A stretch of 64,000 nt of DNA, taken from the NCBI RefSeq assembly GCF_002571385.2, contig NW_019217898.1:74317-138316 (forward strand), in the 5' to 3' direction. Below are positions 12,999 through 24,300 of the stretch, piece by piece. Position numbers and translations under genes: made by a program. This DNA is from Stylophora pistillata. Its lineage: Eukaryota. Every line of letters begins with the position of its first letter. Positions within the stretch are counted from its first letter, which is position 1. The notes under the pieces are model-generated. The model did not search any database and was not told the origin of the DNA. It saw only the letters and a list, made by a program, of their open reading frames with translations.

Positions 12999-13798
12999 CT
13001 TTTTCAAACATTTGCCACCGATAAACTTGTTAGTCAGTTAACTTATTGCTCAGTCATGCCAGGACGATAATTATATTCTAGTGAGCCGAACATTTGTCCG
13101 AAACTGAATTATTTGTCAACAGTTGAATTGATTTGCTTCGGGTCGACAATAACAGGCCAAAATCTCGTATCACGTGAGCCACATGTCAAGTCTGTTTCAG
13201 TTTAAATAGCATTATCTAGCGGTTCGCGGAAAAAAAAAAAACGCCCAAAAAGGAAGCTTGGAAGTCAAAACTGAAAAAAAAATCAAATATTTTGCGCATG
13301 GAAAAGCTTAAGTCCTTCTAACATGATTCGCTAATTCGCAGTGTCTTGCCTCCGTGAGGTCAACTTTTTACATAGCTTTAGTTAGTAAAACGAACGTTCT
13401 CTTTCTAAAGATTCTTTTTAAAAACGAAATACCCATATACTTTGAAGTATAAATCGAACTTTACTCAATGAACCTTGGGTGCCCAGAACGGATATTTGTT
13501 GCACTTTCTTCGATTCAAACAGAAGTAAATAGCGCATTCTTTATCATTTAGCCATCTTACTGAAAACGAAAATTTCAATTTGTCTTTGTAATTACCACGG
13601 AAAACTACAAATTCGGAAGTTGACTCATCAACGTTTCATCAGTAGAAAGAAGGAACGTCAGTAATGAGAACATACTTCCGCCTGCAGCGATATATTTTTC
13701 ATTCATTTTGAGGTTGTCCCTTTTCGATACAAATGAATAAAGGCTGATAGTCTCGAAAGAAACTGTTTGGGGCTGCGCCGGTGGGAGTAACGAAATAA

Positions 13799-13957
13799 TT
13801 TGGATATATCAACAAAGTTGAAATGGTAAATTGGCCACCGTAACGATTACAAAAGCTGACGTTTCGAGCGTTAGCCCTTCGTCGGAGCGACGAAACGTCA
13901 GCTTTTGTAAACTTACGGTGGCCAATTTACCATTTCAACTTTGTTGATATATCCAAA
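13799..13957. repeat. Palindromic copy of a Penelope-associated repeat carrying a degenerate hammerhead motif
   Basis: Arms TTTGGATATATCAACAAAGTTGAAATGGTAAATTGGCCACCGTAA and their reverse complement. Related partial copies near 17673-17766, 48003-48083, 49294-49357, 57483-57567. Confidence 0.7.
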
Positions 13958-14156
13958 CCTTTTCGATACACTTCAGGGAATCCCGTGGGATGCTCCAACG
14001 TGGAAATAAACAGAAACAGTGGGGATCCCCCCCGAACGTTCGAACCTACTTGGAAAACGAGGGCCAATTATGGTTCGAATCCTTTGCAAGAATAATTCTC
14101 CTTTTCCGAGATCTTAATTTCAGTACTGCTTTAGTACCGTAGCTAACTGCGATATT

Positions 14157-14531
14157 AGGGAATTTAAGCAAACCATGACGGCAACGGCAACGGCAACGAG
14201 AACTTGGAAAAACAATAGATCTAATTGGCAGAACGATAGCCTAGCACGTGCGTTTTAAAACTTTGTACATTTCTTATCCGTCCTTTGCAAAACAATAAAC
14301 GTGAAATCACCCAAATTTGTGTCGTCTGCGAACCGAAACCGCGGCGGCAAATTATTTTAATTTACATTTGGAACTCAACGCTACTTTTACGCGTTATGTT
14401 GAGTTTGAGGTCTGGCGCCCTATGAGACGGTAAACACATGCAGCCATTTTCGAAATTCTAACTAAAAGTAGAAACTAATTTTTTAATCGACGTCTTCCGA
14501 GGTGTTGCCGTCGTGACTGCTTAAGTTCCCT
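14157..14531. mobile_element. MITE family with AGGGA..TTAAGC termini and GGCAAC/GAC repeats
   Basis: TIRs AGGGAATTTAAGCA / TGCTTAAGTTCCCT; full-length homologue at 31823-32194. Confidence 0.75.
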
Positions 14532-15306
14532 ATTCTCTCTCTTTTACCCAGGAAGCCTGGGGCAAGGGAGGGAGAGAGGAAATATAGAGGGAAGGGAGTT
14601 GGTAACACGAGAGACGATGAAAGGGTTACGTCATAGTGTTTTTAGTCTTTTTTTTCTACGAGTAAAAAAAAGAAAAAAAAAGTACAAGATAATTATAAAC
14701 CGAAAAAAGAACAAAGATGGCGAAGGATGAAGAGGATTGAACTAGATTGCACATATGTATTAGTGATATAGACACGGGCCTTCGAGTTGACTAACGATGA
14801 AAGCGAGACAGTTGCTAATGCATTGGAAGGCGATGTAAATCAATTCAACTTTGGCTCTTTCCTTATTAATGTGTTGAAGAGAAACTCCAATCTTGTTCTG
14901 TAAATGACTTCCAGTTATGTTGTCACCACACATTTATCAAAAAAATCTAGTTATGAAACTGGACAACACGACAATGTACCTATCTTTCCGTGACCAAATA
15001 GTTTTGACCTATAGGTATTCTTGAGCGCTTAAATAGCGACTGTTATAACATTCGACTGAGACACTCCTTCAGCGTTCTAAATACTGAAATCTTTGTTCCG
15101 GAACTTCGGCCTGTCACATGATAAAAACGAGGTGTGAAAAGATCGTGTCCCTTTATCAGACATTTCAGAAGTTCTGTGACTCTGCATGTGCAGCGATGGT
15201 TGACCATGTCGGATCTCAAAGATCTTTCGCCGAGCTATCAGTCCTCTTGAAAAGACGAAGTGGACGAAACATCTTCGGTGAATACTCCCATAGTTTCCTT
15301 CATTGA

Positions 15307-18300
15307 TCACAAGTTGTTTTCAGAGTTCTGTGTGGGTCTGTAGGGATATTTGTGATGAAGAATGTGACTAGTTTCCTGAGTTAGCTGTCTTTGCACATTC
15401 TGTGTTACATATCTCTCCAGTGTTACCTCTTTGAATACCTCGCTGACGGAAATCTGTTATCAAATGAGAAAAAAAATTATAAATCTGATCAAATTAATGA
15501 GTTCAATAGCTTTTATTTCACTCTGCAAAACCTTCAATTTGTTTTTCTTGTTTTGCTGATGTCTCCAATTTTATATATTTCCGTAGGCGTATATATAAAT
15601 TAGCTTTACATTTGACATATAAACTATACCTTGCAGAGCTAGGCTCATTCGAATTGTTCATTTAATGTATCTATTACCTCACGAAATCACTGCACTATTG
15701 TCCATGTTGTTTTTATTCTAATCACCATACTGTAGAACACAGTGTAGGGATTCGACAGCCATAAACTTATAAGAAAAACTGACTTTATAATCATTTCATG
15801 AATAGGACAAAAACGCTTTTCCCCAGACCTCCACAAAACCCAATTTGCGGAATAGTGCTAAACTCGGTTCGTTGCCGCAACCAATCTTCGCTATATATTT
15901 CTGTATTCCTAGGAAGGTGACGCCTGGAATTGACAGACGAGAGATAAAGTCAGTATCACGACAAAGATAAACAAAACCCGTGATAAGTATACTAACGGTC
16001 CCAGTGGGATATAAGAAAGACTAATGGTCAGAAACTCTGGCCATGGATAAAGAGTTGTGAGTTGGACCTCTCTTGCGGGGGGTCATAACGCTGTGTCATG
16101 GCGCCGATGTTCTTGGGTAAGATACGTTAACATTATAGTGCCACCGTGCAACCCAAGAGCGTACATAGATGCAACTATCTCGTAAGGTAATTCCAAAAGG
16201 ATGCGAAGAGAAATATTGGACGAATGAGCATTCTACCTGGGAAAAGTCATAATTCAGTTTTACTCCTAGTCATTTCTTGCGATAGAATTTGCCCCCGACG
16301 CTAAGTTATTATGCTGACCGTGTCTACAAACAGTGCTTTTTTTGTGGAGGAGGGGGGGGGGTGACTTCTACAGTGCTTTTTTTGTGGAGGAGGGGGGGTG
16401 ACTTCTACAGTGCTTTTTTTGTGGAGGAGAGGGGGGTGACTTCTACAGTGCTTTTTTTGTGGAGGAGGAGGGGGGGTGACTTCTACTATGTCACGGCAAA
16501 ATTGGGATTGTCCAGGCTGGTTAGAAGGATAAATACAAAATTTAAAAGGAAAAATCTTACTTGAAACCTAACTAGGGGTGATTATAAATTTGAGTTTCCC
16601 ACAAAATGAGTACAATAGTTACCATAACTCATCATGATTAATAGGGCTTCTCTTCCAAGGCCACACCTTCGACAAGACGGTTCTGTAAAGTACATGACAT
16701 TGGATTAATGGCGTAATGTGTTTTACGTGCACTGAATTTGAGGCAGACACTTGTTTCAAAATGAGTCGAGTTGCCACATGACCTATACTTAAATCTCCTG
16801 CAGGGCAGCTTGTAAGATAACATAGTCTTGCATGGCAGTAAGTCGCAACCCTTTTTTGCCAACCAGAGAACTTAGCATAATGCAAGACAGAGTTATGAAA
16901 TGAGTGAGAAAAATGAAGGTGATCTTGCCTATACTAAAAGGAAAGGCAAACAAAGATATGTAGGCTACACATACTAGGCAAGAAACAATTCTCTGACTCA
17001 GGGAGTTACTTTGTTGAAAGGAGGAGAAAATGCTTTTAAAAATTATCACAGTAAATTCTACCTGCTATCATAATTTCTATCTCAGCAACTTCTTGCTGGC
17101 TGTCATTGAAGAACAAATTAACATCACCAGCCATGCATTCTTTGAACAAAAAACAATTTATATTTAGTTCACAATCAAACATATACTAGCAACAAAAATA
17201 TTCTTTAAGTTACTTATGGCCAAAGTTATGTTTATGACTTAATTCTGGACAAATAATCTTTCCCTTTCTAATTGTGAATGCCCTTTTCATAAAAAAAAAA
17301 CATCAATTACTGAAGGTTATGTTAATGCCACATATAAATTTGTTAATCAAATATTTATCAGCATATAATAATACCGGTACGTACATATTGAGTAAAGAAG
17401 CAGACAGGAAAATATATAACTTGAGATTGTGACACATGAACTGTGAGCAGTGAAGAGTTTACCACTTTACAATTGCACAGAAGCCCATTTGGGCACTAGG
17501 ATGCTGACCAGCTCAGAAAGATGCAGGTCATTTGGCCATGTTGTTTTGAATTAGTCATATGTTCTTCCCTCTTAGTGACTTATCATCTATTTATCTTTCA
17601 TGTAAGTAACCTTGTCACATTTGTAGCTTGCTCTCAGGACATCATTTAGATTGTGCTGGCTGTATTTAATAATTTGGATACATCAACAAAGTTGAAATGG
17701 TAAATTGGCCACCGTAATGATTACAAAAGCTGACGTTTCCAGCGTTAGCCCTTCTTCCGAGCGAAGGTTCTTTTTATATTTAATCGAGCTTTAGCCCTTA
17801 CTCGGAGCCAATAGAGAACTACTTTACTGGCATTAGAACTACTTTACTGGCATTTTTCGCTCACTAGTAGGAATCCCTAATTGCTTTTAATTAGCTTATT
17901 AATTAAACAGGTTAAAAAAAGGGTGGTATCTTCAAGCAGTATGGTCCATAACTTCATGAGCGAAGGCCAAACATTTTCCTTTGCAGCCCAACAAAAATTA
18001 TCAATGTGACATGGTTTTGTTAAAAAATTTTATAACACAAAGAGTTTTTGTTACTCCAGGGAAACTGATGTAACAATCATGAACAGTTTACAAACCTATT
18101 TCTGTAACTTCTGGTTGGACCCATTTGCTTTTGTCCAAGATGATAAACGTACACTCTAAATTGTTAAAAAATAATTATATATTTAAAAAATTATTAGCTT
18201 ATTAAAATTTGAATCTGGTATGTGGATCAAATGGTTGTTCAATTTCAGCTGTAGGATAACAGGCCTGGACTGATTGAACCTTTTGTCTCAAACCCTTTAC

Positions 18301-20486
18301 ACTCTAACATTCATATTTGTCTTCTCCTCACTGATCTCTCCACATTTCCTATGGTAATGGTAAAGAGAATTTATTTGACAATCAGGAGTTTCATAAATTG
18401 GTGATTATTCCATTATTCTCATGACATATACATTTCATCCAAGGGTGATACTGTAAAGGAGGAATTAGAAGCCAGTCATACTATAATTATGATTAAGAGG
18501 TTAATTGTCCTCTTGACTTTTTCCTTACAACAAGGACTGCCTTTTTAATACAGCTGAAGTGGACTGATCTTAGTTTCCATGAATTAGCAACTGACATACT
18601 GTTTTCATCTGAGAACCAACTCTGTTGCATTTCATATTCTTGATCCAGGGTCAGTCTATCAGATGCGGTTTGCTCCAACAGTTCTGGTGACTGCATCCAG
18701 TCATGATATCTTGAAGATAAAACAGTGCAATACAACTGAATAGGATAATTAATGATGAAAATTAATGAAAATTACACTTTGTAGATTCTAAAGATTTGTA
18801 GATTACACTTTGTAGATTCTAAAGAATATTATTACAAAGAAATTTACTGTGCTCCAATTCAGACTCTCCTTACTTCATGTTACACTCAGCAGAGGGTATA
18901 CTCACTGACTGACAAACTGACCCGCCAACCAGCTGACTAATTGATTGATTAAGGTGGCTCAACACAGAGAGAAGGAAAAATTTTTCACCTATTTCTCTAA
19001 AACCCTCAATCCCTTGGTCGCCAAAAATGGCAGCAAGCAAGTTAACAACACAAACTTTGTTTTTTTGATGGTTAAACTGACGTATGCATCATTGCCATGG
19101 CAACATAAACAAATATAAATTGGCTTTTAAAATCGGTTTTGTTTATTTGTAGAAAATCTAGTCATTAGATTTTCTTATAATTTGCATGCAATGAGCTTGT
19201 AATGATACAAGTTGACACCATTTTGCTAATAATTTAACAGTTAGATCTTTAATTATACCTCGTTGAAGGTTCACTGAAATATCTAGAATTTCCTTTGTTA
19301 AAGTTCAGTTTTTTTTCAATACTCCAGTTACTTATTTCCTAAAGTATTTCTGTGCCAAATTTTGTGAAATTCTAATGAGTGGTTTTCAAGAAATAGGCGT
19401 ATTTCCAAGAAAGCAGTTTTCCATTCAATCGCAATTTTTTTACTTCCTTCACATGCGCTGCATTTGACTGGGTTCTTTCGGTAACAACGAAAAAGCTGAG
19501 AATTACTGGGTTCTTTACACTTTCACCTTTCCTAAAATATCTTTGTAATAAAAGATTAAAACCATCAATACACTGCATCATCTGAATCCCTTGCAATTTT
19601 CAAGAAGAACCTCAAAACATACTTGTTCAAAGATGCTTTTTAAATTACGATTTTTTTAAAATTTAATTGCTATGTTAATTAGTCTATATTTTTGTAAAGC
19701 GCTATGGAGAACTAGTCGAGCTTAGCGCTATATAAATGCTTTATTATTATTATTATTATTATTAACTATAAAGAAAAATAGCACAGATAGTGCGAGTACG
19801 GGTACGTGTTGAGAAAATAAAATGACCGCTCTATTGATGGCACGTTTGTTTTTTTACAATCCTTGTGCACACGCTGAATTGCATTAGCAAAAGTGCACAT
19901 GAAAACTGTGTTCGGCCACCTTAACCCTTTCACTCCCAAGAGATCTCATTAGTAATGCTGCTTACTGCCTGCCATACAATTCTTATAATATTGGTTTTGA
20001 GAATTTGGTGTTGGATCAACTGATAATCCCCTGATTGACATTCTTCTTTATTCTCATCACTTGTCTAATTGATACAGTATTGAGAGAAATTCTAACTTGG
20101 TCACTTGTGGAAGTAAAATGGATAACTCATGGATGGACAGAAGGACACAGTTAGGTAGACTGACTGATACCAAAACAACTTAAGTTTTTTTAGTTTATCT
20201 TCAAACGTATAATCTTGAACCTAGAATGGCAAGATTTCCATATAAACTGATACGTCATTACACCTGAAGTTCTTACATAGAAGAAGACAAAGGCAAAACA
20301 CCACATAGATTTGCATCTGAGGTTATTGCTTTGTTTTAGATTATTACACGGTTATTGAGAAATCTTTGCCCCAAAATTCATTTTCAATTACACGATTCTG
20401 CAAACATACCTTGGAACGTGTTCTTTTCTGTAAGGTACCAAGACTATCTTTCTCCCCTCCAAGACTGTATCACTGTTGATTTTCAT
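15307..20486 (-). CDS. NAT9: N-acetyltransferase 9 (GNAT family), 7 coding exons
   Basis: Exons 20486-20410, 18709-18600, 18155-18096, 17139-17062, 16682-16623, 15923-15829, 15453-15307 give [128 protein letters not shown]. Confidence 0.93.
16331..16487. repeat. G-rich minisatellite, about 4 x 35-39 bp, in a NAT9 intron
   Basis: Unit CAGTGCTTTTTTTGTGGAGGAGGGGGGGTGACTTCTA with variable G and T run lengths. Confidence 0.9.
18953..19920. mobile_element. Non-autonomous DNA transposon, TTAA TSD (Kolobok-like)
   Basis: TTAA|GGTGGCTCAACACAG ... CTGTGTTCGGCCACC|TTAA. Confidence 0.7.
19921..20124. repeat. Abundant ~200-bp interspersed repeat (TTAACCCTTT..AAAGGGTTAA family)
   Basis: Shared core TTCTCCTTACTG..GAGAATTTGGTG..GGATCAA; diverged copies near 2945-3135, 7181-7320, 18292-18500, 22630-22800, 26870-27060, 27520-27695, 34420-34590, 41878-42078. 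Confidence 0.7.
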
Positions 20487-20771
20487 AACTCACTCACCCC
20501 AACCCACTTAATTCACTCACCCCCCAACAGTTGTAAAGACAAATAGTAGTCAGCGGTTATGACAAGTAGGTGAATGTCTTCACTCGTCATTCTCGAAGTC
20601 TGGCTCTGGAAGACTGGATGCAAATTATTCAATTTTTCGCTTTACGACCATGATGCAACGCAATCAGAGTGCGCACACACTTTCTCCGGAAGTAAACATG
20701 TGACTAACCTCTGGGGTAAATCTTAGGACTATTTTTGCCGGCTAACCACTGGAATATCTTTAACGTTCAGA
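20487..20771. promoter_or_regulatory. Bidirectional promoter between NAT9 and TMEM104
   Basis: Divergent ATGs only 285 bp apart; ETS/GABP-type CCGGAAGT at 20686-20693; TGCGCA (NRF1-like core) at 20670-20675; locally CpG-richer. Confidence 0.75.
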
Positions 20772-21303
20772 ATGGTTGCAGTTACCGAGACTGGCTCTCT
20801 TTATTCCTCGCCGGTAGGTTATTTTCTTTTCAAGGTTGTTATTCTTGATTCATCTCTGCGTTTGCAAGGGAGGTAATTTACTTGCATCGAATTTTCTCGC
20901 TTTCCCCCTCGACGTCACGAATGTTTAAAGAAGGTTCTGCTTTTGCGTATTTTTTGTTCATGTGTTGTCCGTAATTGCTAAAACATGTGAAGAAGTTGAG
21001 TTATTTATGATTGAAAGCTCTGAACTCTAAGCAGAAGACAAGAACAATGTTTGACTGACTTCTGCGAAATTGTGTAATGAGAAAATTTTACCAATCAGCC
21101 CATGGAAATATCGTTTTATTCTCTCCTTCATCCGGACAGGTGGCCTTTATATACGTTTTTAATTTGATTATTGGAGTTGGAGCATTGACAATGCCCAAGG
21201 CATTTGCAAATGCTGGCTGGCTGATTGCATCAGTTCTGATTGGTGTTTTGTGTTTGATGAGGTAAGTGTTATTATTGTGTTAACTATGATTGTTATCATT
21301 ACA

Positions 21304-21342
<39 letters not shown>

Positions 21343-24300
21343 TGTTTTTATTTGCTTTTATTCATTTTTTGCAATCCACTAACCAGTAACCAACCATAAT
21401 TCCATTGCTCTTGTTCCTCATCCTCCCTTCTAACTCTCCCCACTTCCAAACCAAGCCCCTCCAGTCACCCCCCCCCCCATATCTCATTACATGGACATGT
21501 TGGTCACAGGCCTTATGAAGATCAAACTGCTTCATGATACAGCTCCACGATACAGCTCCACTGAACATGTCATCTGAGGATGCTACAAAATGTTACATGA
21601 TACAATGATCTTAGTCTTAAGTCAAGAGATGTACAGTATTTCAATAGTCAGCTGATAAGCAGGTGACAGGTGATCAGTGGATAGTCAACTGTTATTTGTC
21701 TATCTTTGTTTATCAACTGACATGTCAATTTATTATCAACTAGTGTTGAAGGTTTAGCTGAACATTGACCAACTATCCACTGACCAAACATCAGCTTTTG
21801 ACTTAATTAATCTGTCTTTGAAATAAGATTTTCCCACATTGTGATTGAATGAATCATGGAGAGGTCTCTGTTATTCATTCGATTCAAAATAGCTGTAAAT
21901 CCATTTAACACTGTGCATTTGCAAACCTTTCATAAAATATTTAAAATAGTATGTGCACTCACAATGGTATGTTTGAATGAAGGTAGACAAACACAATGAG
22001 ACATCACACTTTCTGTATTTCCATTTATGTTTGAGAAATTTTCATAATATTAAGTAATAAGGGACTTTTTCTGTGTTTCATCAGCCTCATCTTATCAACA
22101 AGGGGGTTGAGAAAATTTTTGTTGTTAGTTGGGGCCATTAATTAAACATGGAAAAGTCCTCTATTGCTTGCATTACAGAAATCTGTTAACCTTATGATTC
22201 AGTTACCTCTATCAACCCTTTTATAAGCAAGGTCTCATGTGATAATTCTCCTTAAACACAAAGGCACATTATGAAGGGAGAGGTCACTCATGTGCCTGGT
22301 AGACGAACAAAATGAGCTAATGAGATGTTTACTTCCACCAGCATGGTGGCAATGATGTAACATGCGAACCACCTACTTCAATTTCAAATTTACTGCCACA
22401 AATAAAGACAGTTTCCATTGGAGAAAGGAAATACAAATCTCAAAAATTCTTATTTTGTGATGAAAACATAAAACAATTTTAAGGAATGCACCCGCTGTTC
22501 ATTGCTTTGGATTAGCTATAGCTCAGGCTGACTTGACTCGTAGAGTTCTACATCACACGATGGTTGATTGACAACTGATTCAGAGGTACCTAAGGCACCT
22601 CTCCTTTTATAGCGCGCCTTCATGTTTAATGTCTGCCATGCCATTCTCATGAGGTTGGTTGGGAAATTATGGTATTGGATCAGCTTATAATCCACCAATT
22701 GATATTTTTCATCTTTATTCTCATCTCTTGTTTGCTTGATGTCACATTAATATTTAAAGGAGAGATTCTGTCTTAGTCACTCGTGGGAATAAAAGGATAA
22801 GTATGTAGAAGAATAATATAACTTATATTTTTAAGTTTCACACATTATCATTCAAGTTCTGGTTTAATTTTTTTATCCTTTTTTCTACACATGCTTCACT
22901 TGTTAATTTCTTAAATTATACATATGATGCACGATCCTCGCAGTAGATAGCGCTATTTAAGCAATAGCGAAAATCAGACCTGAAAAAAAATCAGGCCTGT
23001 ACGGGACTCAAACCACTGACCTCTGCGATACTAGTGCAGCGCTCTACCAATTGAGCTAACAAGCCAACTGGGAGCAGGCCGTTAAGGTGATTCGTACTAA
23101 ACCCGTGAAAGTGATAAATGAGATACAATGAAATATATGAAGTTCATATTTTTTGTACTGCGGTATTAGATACATATGATGCACGATCCTCGCAGTAGAT
23201 AGCGCTATTTAAGCAATAGCGAAAATCAGACCTGAAAAAAAATCAGGCCTGTAGGGGACTCCAACCACTGACCTCTGCGATACTAGTGCAGCGCTCTACC
23301 AATTGAGCTAGTTGGCTTGTTAGCTCAATTGGTAGAGGGCTGCACTAGTATCGCAGAGGTCAGTGGTTCGAGTCCCGTACAGGCCTGATTTTTTTTCAAG
23401 TCTGATTTTCGCTATTGCTTAAATAGCGCTATCTACTGCGAAGATCGTGCATCATATGTATCTAATACCGCAGTACAAAATATATGAACTTCATATATTT
23501 CATTGTATCTCATTCTTAAATTATGTTCAAACTGACTAAAAAATTCAGGCATGTGAATAACTTGTGATTAGCATGTGAAAAACATGTGATTAGCATGTGT
23601 AAAACATGTGATTGTAACCTTATTTACAAAATTCTTATACAAATGATTCAGTTTATCTTTCCTTTTTATTTTACTCTAACTTTTGCTTATTAAATGCTCC
23701 AAACTGAATGTTTTGAGAAAGTAACCAGTTGTAGTGTTATGACTGTCCTATTATTTTAGCTGCCAGGATCTTGGCCTTTATCTGGAGGTCACAATGATGT
23801 CACTGATTTAAGCAAATTTTCAAAAGTGATATATGCAACTGCGCTTATTGACCCTGATACTAGGTAAATTAGTGTAACCACTGATATTGCTAATAAAATA
23901 AATTGAAACTTGAAATACTTTTCAAATTTTTCCTTTAGTTTTATAACCTCCACATTCATGGTAGAGGCAATGGCTGCTGCTAATGCCATGTTACGACTAA
24001 AGGCAAGAGAAAAAAGTTTGTCAGCATCAGTAAGTATTGACTGCACCTTTTTTTGTTTTGATTATTGTAGTGTATTGTACCAGAAGTGTGAAAAGGTTGT
24101 GTTTGTAGGCATCCCGTGATGCCTAGTGAAAGTTGTTGTTGTGGTACTCGTTGGCTGCCATGTGGATTAAAATATTGAAATCAAAGAACATCGAAGGTTT
24201 TTATTGCCGTATATCCAAATATCACAATTATGGCTTTTGCTTTGGCAGTGAGGAATCAGCTTTGCCTTCCCATTGTGGCTTAGCTGTTAGAGCTCCTTAC

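Noticed and set aside
14717-15306. Short ORFs on both strands downstream of NAT9, including possible readthrough of the NAT9 TGA
   Set aside because: No recognisable domain or consistent splice chain; NAT9 homology ends before the stop; probably 3' UTR or intergenic.
16331-16487. CRISPR-like array (also 40132-40248)
   Set aside because: Head-to-tail repeats without unique spacers, no cas genes, eukaryotic context.
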